From the NCBI RefSeq assembly GCF_009914755.1, contig NC_060936.1: a stretch of 64,000 bases of DNA. The stretch is one strand, 5' to 3'. The DNA is from the human T2T-CHM13v2.0 reference genome, Homo sapiens. Positions 49,715 to 63,703 of the stretch are shown here, one piece after another. A program made the position numbers and the translations under genes. Under the pieces are notes generated by a model that saw nothing but the letters and a program-made list of their open reading frames with translations, ran no database searches and was not told the origin of the DNA. Each line of letters begins with the position of its first letter. Within the stretch, counting starts at the first letter, position 1.

Positions 49715-51190
49715 CTATAATAGAAACAAAACATATCAGGTGACTAAATTCCCATCTGTTCAATGAGTGAGAACAAGGACAGGTCAAGGGGCCGACTGTT
49801 TCTATGGCCAGTACTCTGCTACTCTCCACATCATCCTTCACCCCTTTTCCCTAGAAAAACCTCTCTTCCCTAGATCCCTGCCTTTCCATTTCCCAAAGTA
49901 ATTTTCCCCTCATATTAATATAGTATTCATTTATGTTAAAAAATGGCTGTCAGTATCACTGACTATTTAAAACATGGAAAAGTTTAATATCCAAATATCT
50001 ACCAATAGGAAAGTTGTTAAATATTTTATAATGCTTTATGAAACTATCCAAAATCATGCTCCAGAAGAATATTTAGGATGTAGAAAATTGATCATCACTT
50101 AATCTTAAGTGAAAAAAGGAATCCTCAAAACAAATCTATTAAAATAAAAAGGTGTGTGTATGATAGGGGCGCAGTAAAATCTTAAGCCCCATAAGAGGAA
50201 GCCTTGCTATAGTTCCATAGTTGGAATGGGTGAAGTATTTGGAAGTATTTACTATGTCTAAAATGTAATATATCAAAGTGACATATTACATAATGTCTGA
50301 TTAAGTGACTAAATATATTTTAAAATACAGGTTTAAATGTAACTTTTACTGTATCATATGAAATTATTTCATAACTTGATATCATGAATTCTTTTATGCT
50401 ATGATTTTTTAAACATTCATTAGATTTGCATATACATTTTGTGTTGTTTTCCTAAACAATAAATAAAAGTTTCAGGCTAATCTTTGCAAACATACCTCTA
50501 TAAAAACATATTTTGAGTATTTGGATAACTTTCATTAGTAACAGTTTTTAAAAATTTTAAACATAATTGTTTTAAAATTCAATATTGTTATATTCAATAT
50601 TGTTATCACTATTATTCCATATTGTTACACTATATCACTATATTTTCTCTTTTTACAATTCTGTTTTAAAGATACACATCTTGAGATAATATATAAGAAT
50701 GTTAAAAAAAAGAAAAAGATCTCAAAAAAAAAAGAATGTTAAGTGGATGTTACCTATGAATGCAATGAAAATCACTATTGAGGCTAATTTGTAAAGCTGT
50801 TATCACTTTTATGTTCCTCATTATTATCTCCATTTTGAAGATAGGCTCGGAGAGGTTAAATAAATACTAGAGGTCATCCATCTCCCTTTCTAAGGAGTCT
50901 GCAGTATAACCACTGACAGGGAGATGATTTGCAAAGACCCAAACAGCATCCTTAATAATAATGGTCATCATAATAGATAACGTATTGAATATTTAGTAAG
51001 TAGTAGAATTATATGACCATTAGCAGGCATTGTTTCCTGGGAGCCTCTTAACTACATCATTTTTGCTCACACGACAGACACACACAAAGAATAGTTGAAG
51101 TCTCTCACTCTGGACTCCAGCCTGTCTTCAATATCTTAGGTCCAACATTGAGAAACAGAGTCCAAGAGAATAAAAGTGAATGTAAAATAC

Positions 51191-51333
51191 GAGTTCATCT
51201 TTGTCATCTATCTTCAAAAGGGATGATCTACAATGTTGACAAGTCTGTTTACATCCCTTCCAGTCTTTCTTCTGCATGGTAAAATAATAACAGTTTACTC
51301 CACAACAGGACCCGTGGTCTTCAGAGAATTTGC
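51191..51333 (-). pseudogene. KLRA1P: KLRA1P exon 5 (lectin domain 1)
   Basis: ttgtag|GC KFSEDHGSCCGVNCYYFTMQKKDWKGCKQTCQHCRSSLLKIDDKDEL|gtattt (143 nt). Confidence 0.95.
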
Positions 51334-51484
51334 CTACAATATATAAGGTGAATCATCAAACTTCTTGTCATCTGGTATTCTGTTAACCAGAGGAATATGT
51401 TTATCAGCCCATCATAACTAAATAAAATCCCAATAGCAATCAATAATTATAATACAAGGTTCATCAAGATTCTGGAATATAAGA

Positions 51485-52100
51485 GATACCTTCACTCCAG
51501 TGTCCAATGCAGCATTATTCACAATAGCCAAGCTATGGAAACAACCTAAATGTCCACTGATGGACGAATGGCTAAAGAAAATGTGTTATATACACAGAAC
51601 GGAATATTATTCAGCTTCCAAAAGAAGTAAATCCTGCTATATATGACAACATGGATGAACCTTGAGGACATAATGCTCAGTGAAATAAGCCAGTCACAGA
51701 AGAACAAATACTTTATTATTCCAATTATAGGAGGGATCTAAAATAGTTAAACTCACAGAAGCATAGAATGGTGGTTGCCCAGGATTGGAGGGAAGTTCAA
51801 TGGTATAAAGTTTCAGTCATGCAAGATAACTAGGTTCTAGAGATCTGCTGTACAGCGTAGTGCCAATAGTTAATGATACTGTATTGTACACTTAAAAACC
51901 TATTAAGAGGGTAGATCTCGTGTTGTTACCGCAAATACATAAATAAATGAAAGGACATGAGGAAACTTTTGGAGATGATGGATATATCTATTACTCTGAT
52001 CGTGGTGATGGTTTCATTTCTGTCCAAATTCGTCAAATTGAAAACATTAAAAATATGCATTTTTGTATATCAATAATACCTCAATAAAATTGTCTAAAAA
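51485..52100 (+). mobile_element. L1MB-like 3' end in KLRA1P intron 4
   Basis: gcagcattattcacaatagccaag...acaacatggatgaaccttgaggacataatgctcagtgaaataagccagtcacag. Confidence 0.85.
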
Positions 52101-53018
52101 CAATAAAATTGAATTAAGTTTTTAAAAAAGATTCTAGAATGTTTTCTAAATAAAAGAAAAATTTTAAAACTTTTTCTTTTCCTCCTATATTTTATACTAT
52201 ATTAAACTTTTAAAATACTACTCAGCCTTTACAAATAGAGATGGTAAATTTCTACTAATTATCATACCTAAATGAGATTAAATATACAAAAATTCTTTGT
52301 AAACTCTAAATCCTAAACAAGTATTTAGTAGTTGTTGATTAACCAGGTCAATTAATTCCATCATTATGCAAGATAATAGAGTTTACTGTATGAGATTTAA
52401 TATTTTTATATCTTAAGTGCTTTCAACGGTATCATCGCACAGAGTCGCACAAACATTAACACTGTGGCAAATCTTGCAGATGTGCTACAGGGAGTACATA
52501 CTGGTCACAAATAGACCAAATATGTGAAACCAAGGCAGAATGGAAACACACACGTGTGCACGACACACACAATTATCTTTATAACAGCATCCAAATAAAA
52601 GCCCTTGTGCCCATTTTAGCACAAATATATTTTTACTGAAAACCTCCATATTCTATGTCAGCAAAAAGTGCAAGTCTTTAATTTGCTCACAGGACCAAAA
52701 TGATCAGAATTTTCAGGGGAGTTTACATACGAGTTCATCTTTTGGGAGCATTAATAATGTAAGATGTGCCAATGAATTTTGGGAACTGTAGGCTTTTACT
52801 AATCTAAACATGGATCCTGGGGTCCCAATCCCACATTTGAAACAAGCAAAACCTCCAAGATACCCACACTACATCTAAGAGGCACAGATTAAAAGTTGCC
52901 CAGTAGACCTCAGAGGTCGCTAATACTATCATAAGCCTGTTTATTAGGCTTCAAGGATTATGGAGGGGAAGAAATAATGCAAAATCATGCAATCTTTCAT
53001 TCAAGATTTCCTTTGTAC

Positions 53019-53255
53019 CTGTATTTTGCAAAACTTTAAAAACGATCTCATTTTCTCTATGACATCTGTTCTTTTGTATAAGGCGTGAATCCAGTTCCTT
53101 TTTCTGCTGAAAGCTATTTTTGAGAACGTCATATTTTAAAGTCTTATTTGTCAAAATCTGCTCTTTTAAGTAGTTGTCATTTTGCATGATGTACTTTTCA
53201 CTACAGTTTCTTAGAATTTCCTGCCGTTGATGTTTTTCTTGAATACACTGAAAGA
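53019..53255 (-). pseudogene. KLRA1P: KLRA1P exon 4 (stalk)
   Basis: ttttag|TC FQCIQEKHQRQEILRNC...FKVLQNT G|gtacaa (237 nt, phase 1-1; within ORF 52951-53271). Confidence 0.92.
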
Positions 53256-54219
53256 CTAAAATTAATGGCATAGATATAATACAAATAAGTACTCATAATA
53301 ATTAAATATTGAAATTTAAGACAAAAGAAAAAATTTCACTCTGACAACCATTAATCATTACTTTAATTAGTCATTACTTTGATTAGTAATTTGACATTTA
53401 GAAAGTAACACCTCAACGAACTGGCCATAAAAAGGGAAACATAAATTTCTCACCATTAGCAACTTAAGTGTAGGATAAATAACATATCTGAATAAAATTA
53501 TGAAGGTGACACCTTACTTCTCAGTTTAGTTTATTTTTAATAACTCATCATTTACAAATAAGCACTAAAGTAAAAGTCAGTTTGCCAACATTTAACCACA
53601 TATCTTCTGCATATGAAAATCTGAACTAAGAAAGAAACATGAAGTGATAGCACAATTATTATTGGGGCAGATAGACTATCCGCAGCAGAAAAGAGAGTAA
53701 GATCCAGATACGTAATTTTATCTGAATATAAAATATCAGTGATTTTTTTCAAAAGATATGAAGGAATTCAAACAAAAGGTAAAGCTTGAATTTAATATTA
53801 TATAACTGCATGTGTAGATTCTTTCTTTTACTAAACCATTTCGTCATTACATACTTTGAGAAATGTCAAGAGAAAGCCATAATTTCTTTTGAACAGTTGT
53901 CTCTCAAAGAATGTTTATCTCAGATTCACAATAATCAAACCCAAATGGCAGAATACATGTATTACTAAATCCTCTATGAGAAGGAATATTACCATGTATT
54001 ATACACAGTGAGACAGCTCATCACAGATTCAGAGTCAAGGTTAAGTAAATTAAAAATGACACTGTCATATGCCCAGAAAAAAATTACCAACAAAGGCCAG
54101 AGCCACCTGGGACATTCTCTGATTACAGACGGGGAACAATGGACGGAGCATGGTTAATATCTGCACAATCAGTGGTTACTGCTGCTACTCGGACGAGAAA
54201 GCTGTATTTTATTACTCAC

Positions 54220-54309
54220 TATTTGTCACCAACACTGTGACTATCATCAGAAGAAGTAAACAGAGGATCCCAAGAGTCACTGCAATGAGGTGCCAGGGCA
54301 CTGAAAATT
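54220..54309 (-). pseudogene. KLRA1P: KLRA1P exon 3 (transmembrane)
   Basis: ttaaag|AA FSVPWHLIAVTLGILCLLLLMIVTVLVTN A|gtgagt (90 nt). Confidence 0.95.
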
Positions 54310-55368
54310 CTTTAAATACAAAAATAAGGAAAATAATCACCAGGGGAAGAGCTTGGCTCACTACTAATCTTGACCTGAGAAACCATTTGAAACAGAGACA
54401 ATATCCTCTAAAACTCTGACAAAAATATATCACACAAGTATATTTAAATTTGTAATCTGGAAATTACATGCATGCATTGTAGAAATCCCGCACACAGGAA
54501 TAGTTCTATAGGATTTAAAAAGTCCATCCCACATAAAAGCACCAATAGCAGTAGACACAAAACATGTAGCAAAATCTAAGCTAACGTGTGTGTTCCTTCC
54601 TGTGATCACAACTAATCATGAAGAGAAAGGAAAAAGCACTCAATAATGCTAAGAAATTAGTAGTCAATAGTGGATATTCTGAAGCTGCAAATGTGGATGG
54701 GTCCATCTTTGAGGGAGTTTCTAGAAATCAACTTTTCTTTCTTTTTCATCAATTCTATTTTTCTCTAAACAATGCTATATTTATCCTTTAGCTTTTGAGA
54801 TCCTCAGTGTCTGAAAGTTGTATCTCTGATTATCTCTATATTAAAGCAGCAAAAGTTATTCTCAATGCATAGTTTAACAATGACCACATTTGAAGGGAGA
54901 GAGAGAGAGCATAGAAAAATTAGAATGCCCCTTTTGATTCAAACATTGTTACTGCATCATTGCCATTAAGATTTGGTAAATACTTAAGGCACATAAAATA
55001 TCTGCTATCTGCATAAAAATGTTGTTTTTAACATTGATTTTTCATTTCTTACACTTCCTCTCATACTTTTATTTCTCTAGGAAATGTCATGTTTTCTTCA
55101 GATCTAGTCTGTCCTTTGTTATCAAGGCCTCACAAATTCTTCTTGACCACATTTAAATAAAAACATTCTACTAGTTTCTCAAATTTAAAAGAATTCACTC
55201 ATTTCTCCATTCTCACAACTTAAAACAAAAATACTTCTACTACTCTGCCCCATTATAGTTTCTTATCACCAGCCAAGAACAAGAAGTACAGATAGGAATC
55301 TTTTTTCAAATGTCAAAAGTTTGACAATCCATAAGAAACAGGTGAATGTAAATGCTTAAAACGCATAC

Positions 55369-55535
55369 CTTTGTCATCAGTTTTCCCAGGCCTTTGAGTA
55401 TCATCAGGCCTTAATCTATTCTGTGACTCTGAAGGAGACTGCAAAAATCTCAGGGTTGAATAAATCTCTCCCTGATCATTCATCTTTAGAGTAAGAAGGT
55501 AAGTTTTGCATTCAAATCCTGAAATAGGATGGTTT
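55369..55535 (-). pseudogene. KLRA1P: KLRA1P exon 2 (ATG at 55483; cytoplasmic tail)
   Basis: MNDQGEIYSTLRFLQSPSESQNRLRPDDTQRPGKTDDK G|gtatgc; acceptor ttttctttcaacag. Confidence 0.92.
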
Positions 55536-56847
55536 CTGTTGAAAGAAAAATTAAAATGTCAGCCAATAAGAACACACCAGGATTTGATGCTGAGAGATGT
55601 ATGTGTGCCTGTCTGTGTGTCTATTGGCGTGTGTTTATTAACTAAGTGCCTAAAGCATTTAGAGTGAGCCTCATTTATAGAAGAAATGAAAAATCTTTCA
55701 ATACTTTTGTTAAAGTCATTTATACTTCTAGTGATCACAGCCATGATAATGAGAAAATACAGAAATGATGAGAAAAAAATCTACCAATAGATTATTGTTC
55801 TATTCACCCAGCCAATTTTGCTCAAAATATTCAACATACATATACAAATGTTAGGTAAAATTGATACCACTGCAAATCACTGAAACACTTTATGAGTTCA
55901 ACAAACAAAAAATCTAATAAATTCTGGAAAAATAAAAATATCTTGGCTTTTAAAAACTTACATGTATTCTAATATACATGTAAATATAACAAAGTTCTTG
56001 CATTCTTTCCAACTATACTTGACTCTATCAGAGTGCTTTCCAAAATGTATCGCATATACCTTCTACAAAAGAATTATTTGAGGGTTAATATTGCAAATTG
56101 GTTAACATGCCAGACTCAGTGCCTTTTGCAAGATGTACTAAATAAAAATCACTTCGGTTGGAGCCCAGATAAATGTATTTTAAATCTCAAATGATTCCAT
56201 GTACGTTAAAATTTTAGAAATAATCTTCCGGTATATTGCCAGAGAAGCCTATGTGAAAATAACAGTTGTCAACAGGCAGTCATTAATGTCCATAAAAGAT
56301 TCAATTGATTAATGAATGTCAATATAGAAAAGAATAATTAAATAGTAAATACCTAAAATTTACTTCTTATGTTAGTCAGTATAAAAAGATGATATCCAAG
56401 AAATGAGAAATATGAAAAAACAAATTGCACATGTAACCATATTCTTTTCTAATTTTTTTAATTTACAAAATTTTCTAACCTAGTCACATTTTCCCTAATT
56501 TCCTAAGAAAAAGAAGTATTTTCTATTATAGAGTCATTCAAGATGGATAAAATATGTAAATCATTAGACTTAAGTAAAAAGTAATTAACCCCTCAAATCT
56601 CTATTCTTTATTTTGATAACACAAAGCAAAAATCACAGCATATTGAGAAAGAGAAAATAACTTTTTGTTAATACTGGACTACAATTTCCTTCAAAGTAGT
56701 GCAGCATTAATACAATCAGTAGCGAATGCTTTCCTATCATTTCTGTTATAATGCTAAGTCATTTGTAGTTAAATGCCGTATTTCTAGAATTAGTAAGACT
56801 AAGGATAATCTGGTAGAAAGATCTGAGAAAATAAAAGTGGATATTAC

Positions 56848-56990
56848 CTGTATCTGTGCTATGCAGTGGTGCAGGTGGAGAAAACTGATTTCAAAATGAG
56901 GGAGAAGCTGGCCTTTCGGGTCCTGGATCCCTTAGGGGCTATAACATGAAAGGCAGAAATAAATTCTCTTCGAATGATACTGTAACTCAA
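56848..56990 (-). other. KLRA1P: KLRA1P probable non-coding exon 1 / proximal promoter
   Basis: Donor CAG|gtaata at 56847, 1.3 kb upstream of exon 2, as in Ly49 gene structure. The TSS cannot be determined from sequence. Confidence 0.5.
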
Positions 56991-58559
56991 AATTTTCTGC
57001 CCCACCTCTTGACCAAAGTGATAAGAGGAAATTGTATCATGAAAGCTGGTACTGACGGGAAAGGAAAGATAGTCAAAAGCTGCATATTCCTCTATCTCAA
57101 CTAACCAACCACTTAGTACTCTTTGCAAAATAATGTTCAAAATCAATATTTGAGGGCTGAAAAGATAAAATTTTGTACACATCTTTGGAGAAAATAAAAC
57201 TAATATCATTAACAAAAAACTAACGTACTTTAGAGAAACTGCTGGTAAAAGACATTACTGAAATGTCTATGTATAAAAATATAGACATATAAAAGAAGTG
57301 TAATGATTGAACTACTTAGCTCTTAGTTTAAATAACAGTCTCTCTGTTGGAAATGTTCTCCTATATGTCATTATTTTTTAAAAGTTCCTTTTTCTATCTG
57401 TTTATTTCAAGTAAATGTATTTTTTAAATTACTTTAAAAGATCCGTAATTCCTCTATAAAATTGTGGCATATATTCTTCCAGTTTTTTTTCTCTGTATGT
57501 TGTGCTTACTATCAAGGTTGGTATCATTCCTTACACAGTATTTTTTATTTATTATTTTCTAATAAATAATATGTATTCCATTATTTCAAAGAAATTCATC
57601 TGAAATGTTATTTTAAAAATATTACTCACAGGGATAAACCATCATTTATTTAGGCAATCCCCTACTATTGGATACTTAAATTGTTTTCAATTTTTTCTAT
57701 TGTAAAATATATTTGGTCTGTACTTTTTTTTTTTAGGGAAACTTTTTAAGCATAAAATTGTATGTCAAAGGGTATATGTATTTAAAGAACTCTAATATAT
57801 ATCACCAAATGCCCTCCAGAAGAGATGTTCCCTTTGATGTTCCATCAGTTGTGTGTGAAAATGTGCACATTTGATTTTTTAAGAAAAAGATACTGGCAAA
57901 TTATTTCTCTACTTGAGTTTTCCCACGAAATCTCACTTCATAAAATCTATCCCTAAAACCTTCCAGCAAGGCCTCACATTTTCACCTATATCGAAGACTT
58001 GAAAAAATTCATTTTTGTCACTCCACCATGAGGCAGACCCTGCCAGAATGTACTCAGATCTCTCATTGACTTCCACTTTTATTGGATTCAGTCTTTTTCA
58101 ATCTTCTGATTACAGTTCTAGGAAACCAACTTAAATTGTTCAAATCAGGTGATAGTGGTTAATAAGGAGTGTGGGATAGAGAGGCACAGAACAGCAGGCG
58201 AAATTGCTGATACAGGGACATGTAGTCCCTGAAGTCGGCCACATCATCATGTGCAGGCCATCAGATGAAACATCTCCCAGAGGCTAATTTTACTCAATAA
58301 TGTAGGCAAAGTTTCATGCATGGAGTTTGGACGCTTCAGGAATACTTGCTGCTGGGCATTTTCTTCTTTCCCTCCATCCTGGATTGGCTTCGTCAATCCC
58401 AAATCAGAGTAAAGACGGTCCATATCCCTTTATCTCAATGCCAAAATAATAAATAAAGGAAGTTAGTTCTGTGAGAGATGATAGGAAGTGGGTGACAGGG
58501 TCAGGGGCTGGGGTGTAGTAATAGCGGATGTTGAAAAGGTGACAGAGATACTGTCACGT

Positions 58560-59020
58560 ATTGGAGTACCTCTTGTGCATATAACCATATTAAAACCTCC
58601 CAACATTGACAAGTATTTATTTTCGTCCCCATTTTACAAATGAGGAAACTAAAGTGAAGAAGTTCATTGACTTGCATAAGGAAACATTATTGCTAATTCT
58701 TCATTCCTGTTTAAAATCTGGCCTGACTGAAGACAGAGCACAATGGACCGTGAATTCAGAAGGACCCGGGCTTCCAACAAGGCTCTTGCCACAAAGCATG
58801 AATCCTGGAACCAGGCAAATCTGGCTTGAAATGCTAGCCCCTAGCTCCCATGTGTGACTTCAGGCAAGTTACTTCATTTCTCTAAGTCTTGTATTCACCA
58901 TAGTAAAATAGTGATATTTTTTGCCATCCAAGGTTGCTATGAGGGTTAAATGAGGTAAGATCCATCTCAAAGTGTCTAACTACAACCTGGCATATATATG
59001 GTGGGCTCTCATAAAATGTT
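58560..59020. mobile_element. Two MIRs in opposite orientation
   Basis: cccattttacaaatgaggaaactaaag (minus); tgtgtgacttcaggcaagttacttcatttctctaagtc (plus). Confidence 0.7.
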
Positions 59021-60406
59021 AAAAATTGTTACTTGAAGTCCAAGATTCAAATTGTTCTTATCTATAAAAATTTGAACAAGTCAACCAAATCCTCAAGCCT
59101 CACTTTTCTCATAGGTTCAATAAAAGTATCACACGCTTCATAGGCTAGGACTAATTAAATTTAGCACTACAGACAGGATTTCTTACACTTCAAAATAAGT
59201 AACTGTTTTCTTGTTTGTTTTTCTTCCCCTAAGGTTCTAATAGGGGAAACACCAGGACTGCAGTGCAGAAATCCTGACATGTTATACTGAGCCAGGTTCT
59301 CTATCCTGCCATGAGGCTTGGCGTGCTAGTGCCACCATCACTCTAGAGAAACCATTCCGTGGCTGCATATCTTACTGCCCCATTCAAATAGATACTGGTT
59401 ATGTTGAGGCATGTTTCTGTTTTGATTTACATCCACATAGCTGGGGAGAAGGTGAATAGTTCTCAGGATGGAGACTAGACAAGTGCAGAGCACAATTTTT
59501 TATACTTTTTACATATTGTCTCCTCTATCATAATATAAAGTCCACAAGTCTGTCTTATTCATTATTGAAACTGCAGCACATGTAAGAGGCATGATGCCTA
59601 CAAGTGCACCTCATGAACAAAGTGGATCAAGTTAAAAGGAACTGACTATAAAATCTAGATTTCTTCATAGTTTTGAAAAGAGGCAGAATGAAACTGACGA
59701 CGGGAAAGCCAAATTTTCTAGCTGCTCCCCTGTTTTCTCTTTATTACCAAGCTCTGAATTGCTGGAAAAGGCAAATTTCTCCTTTAAAGGAAAACACAAT
59801 CAGCACCAGAAGATAACAGTAACTTCAAATGAGATTGAAACTCCCTACCTGGCCTTTTGATTAAAGAGGCACAAAGTTGGAAGTATTAAACTTTATCACA
59901 TCCAGTTAATAAAACAGAAGAGAAATATACAGAGTTTTGAATGTTCTGGTACTTTGCCTTCCAAATTCACTTTTGTGCAAAACATGCACATAACACACAA
60001 ATATGAATATATGAAGTATTAATTTGCTCATCTTCTGGCTCCTTTCCTGCAAAAGCCCTTTTTATTTAGGAAACCACATATTTTACTCATTCCTTTCTGA
60101 CCATACCGTTAGCTAGAAGCTTAGAACAGCTTCTAGTCACACCTTCAAACCTTCGGGTCACACTGTCAAACCTCAGTGGTTTATCATTTCACAGCAGCAC
60201 ACTGCTCTTCCTGCCCCAGACTAAAATGAAGGATGTCTGGAAAAACCCCTAGCATGCAGGGAAGATGGTCTGAATCACTTCACTGGGAGGACTAACCTCA
60301 CCCAGACAAGTTGCCATCTCCTTTTTTATTTGTTCTAATGCCTAACTTTTATCCCACTGCATGACACTGAACTTCCTGGCTCTTATAGTAAAGAAAAAGA
60401 TAAAAC

Positions 60407-60735
<329 letters not shown>

Positions 60736-61538
60736 TCAAATGCTCTAAGTTTAACATACATTGTCCCAACTGAACCTCTAGTAATTGATCAAACAGCAAC
60801 CATCCTTCCTCTTATTTCTGAGAAACCAAACAAGAGGGCCACCTCAGGAACTAAGTTAACTATGATGACATAATGGCAAAAAAAAAAAAGGATTCCCGAT
60901 GGCAATTTAAGAGAAAATAGTTAAGCTGATCTGTAATTAAGACTTCTGATTCTTAAATTAGTATTCTCTCCACCACATCACACAGTTCAAATTAGGACAA
61001 GGTAGATGCCAGAGATTTTGAGTGGTAGTTATCCAACTTTACTGATCATCATACGGAAGTCAGCCAAGGCAGATTCTGAACTCACCCTCAAATCCTTCAT
61101 TTACCTTTGTTGTTTATTAAATTTTTAAAATTTTCTATTCGACTTCATTATCCATTCATGCTAGGAATCCAGTTATTAATTAAAGGGGTCAGTGGTTAAA
61201 CTTACAGCACAGTCCATGCTCATAGGTTCACACATTTCAAATCAAAACGAAGTAGTCTAACAATAGAATATATAAATCATCTCAGTTACATTAATATTTA
61301 CATTAAAAATATCCATACAAATAGACTCAGCCTGATACCAACGAAATACCAAAGATAAATAATCTAAAGGCAAATAATCTAAGGACAGAGCAAGACAGCA
61401 ACCAATTCAACAAACTTAAAAAACACCTACTATATGGAAAAGACTGTGCTAGGGTTCTGCACTATCTCATGAATGGGGAAGAGGTGGGATGAGGTGCAGA
61501 CAGTACTTGGAAAAAGTCTGATTATTTCAAGTGGTCTC

Positions 61539-61544
61539 TTTATT
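61539..61544 (-). terminator. Candidate distal MAGOHB poly(A) signal
   Basis: AATAAA on the minus strand, ~2.06 kb after the stop, followed by a U-rich tract. Confidence 0.45.
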
Positions 61545-62216
61545 AAGGAAGGAGGTAAAAGGAACATAACCTGAGCGCAATAAAAATCTAGTTTCATATA
61601 AAACTAGTATTATACAAAATTCAGTTTCTAATGATCACTGTCCATCAGCAACTTACAATCAAATAAAAGACAGATCAAAGTATAAGAAAATTGTAGACGG
61701 TAATATTTTCCTAATGACCTAGTCTCCCATCTTGGTTTAAATATGAGAAATTCTAGTAGATAGTGGGGATAGAGCTAAATAAACGAAAACGTAAGGAAGT
61801 TAGAGAACGGGGACAAAGACTTAAAGATTTTTCAACGTAAGCACTATTTCTCCTCAACCTTGTTCAGTTTTTAATGGATCATCTTATTCAACAGGAGCCA
61901 CAACCTGTTTTGAGGAACAACCAACAACTGTGGGCCTACTGGAAGTTCAAAAGACGATTGTTCCTGTTTCTGAGGTTGACATCTAAATGCAAGAAAATTA
62001 CAATACGATTTCATACTGCACAATCATCAAGGTCTACAACTGGAACAGAAACATTTTACATACAAAAGACCTGAAGATGATAGCGTACTTGCATAATGAA
62101 GTGGAAATCATTTGACTTTCCATGGCAAACCTGAAGACAATGGGCATGCATTTTGAGGAGTGAAAAGGACCATCTAGTGCTCCATGGCAAACAGGTTACC
62201 AAGCCATGCTCTAGAG

Positions 62217-62606
62217 CTATACTGTCCAAACGGTAGCCGCTAGACACGTGGCTATCTAAATTTAATCAAAATTAAATAGCACTACAAAAAAAGTAGTTTA
62301 TTGGCACCAATTACACCAGTTAAGTGAAAAACCAAGATTTATTATAATAGAGATATTACAGTAAAAAAGATGTTAAGTATAGAATCTAGGTAGGGGTAGG
62401 CATATAGGTGTTCACTTTATAGTTCTCAAGAGTTTTTTATGTTTTATCCTTTTCACGTTAGAAAAAAATTGTTTAAATAGCACCATAAATTCAGTTATAC
62501 AAGGCACACCTCAAGTAATCAGTAGGCCTCATTTGGCCAGTTGCTACCCTATTGGACTGCACATAGAACGTTTCCATTATTGCAAAAAAGTTATTGGACT
62601 GCCCGA
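62217..62606. mobile_element. MER3-like hAT element, split by an old L1-like insert
   Basis: 8-bp TSD CTCTAGAG (62209-62216, 62607-62614); the inner insert is bracketed by taaatagcac. Confidence 0.7.
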
Positions 62607-63356
62607 CTCTAGAGCCTACCTGCTCAGGAGTCCTGGCAAGCCTTCAGAAACTAATTATTCCACCCAAAATTCAGTGCTAACTTGTTCCTAGGGCAAGTGG
62701 ATTATAACTACTGGAACAGTGCAACTTTTTAAGAGTGGGGCTTCAGATGGAAGAATAAAAGGAAACAAGGAACATGGTTACTAAAAGTAATGAAAGAGGA
62801 AATCTATCAGAAAGAGGTTGAAAGGAACTGGGAAACTGAAGTGAGACTCGTGGTCAATAGGAGTTAAAAATATTTATGTACATTCATACATACATATATG
62901 TTTGTCTAAATGTTTAACAATTTATAAAGCTGAAAACTCATTTAGTTCTCCCCCCTCCCCTACACACCAAATACATTGTGAAATAAGGAATAAAGACATA
63001 ATCAAAGATATGCCTAACATGGGGTAGACTGTACTCTTGTAACACTTTAGGACCTCACTGCTTGTAACTGAAAATATTTAAATGTGAATAATCCCTGAGG
63101 GGTTTGTCATAACTGTAAAAAAAAACTAGACCTTGTATAAGCCCCCCAAAATTAAATCCAATCATGTATGAAGGAAATAAGGAACAATCTACACTTGCCT
63201 TTCATGGATGGGAATCTGGCTACATAGTTCCACCTAAAGTATCTTCTGTCACAGGATATATCTACCAGAACAATTTCTTATTATCTCTAAAGTGAATTAG
63301 AGACATAGCCTCCTGGAAAAAACAAAAAACTACTCTGCAACCAGGATTTGGTATGT

Positions 63357-63362
63357 TTTATT
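63357..63362 (-). terminator. Candidate proximal MAGOHB poly(A) signal
   Basis: AATAAA on the minus strand, ~240 nt after the stop. Confidence 0.55.
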
Positions 63363-63603
63363 AGAGCAAATTTTTAACAAAAGGTGGCTTTCATTTACAG
63401 AATTTAATGTGTGTGGGGACTGTCCAACCCATGTGGACTCAAGTAAGGATAACCATTAAGCTTGCTAATGTATTTTCTTATTTTCAGTTTACATACAAAT
63501 TTTTTTTGTTTGCTTCACATTCATAAAAACCCCAATACTGTAAATGACAAATAACCCCTCCCATCCCTTAATTAAATATACAAACAGCCTGAAAACATAC
63601 AAT

Positions 63604-63703
63604 TTAAATTGGTTTAATCTTGAAGTGTAATCCAATAAGACTGAAAACTAAACATTTCAAGTCTTGTACCAAATAGTAAAATACTCGAAGGCCTTCAGGA
63701 TCC
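63604..63703 (-). CDS. MAGOHB: MAGOHB last coding exon (mago nashi homolog B, exon junction complex core)
   Basis: ttttag|[33 protein letters not shown] is the Mago C-terminus. The paralog is assigned by adjacency to KLRA1P; upstream exons lie beyond the window. Confidence 0.95.
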
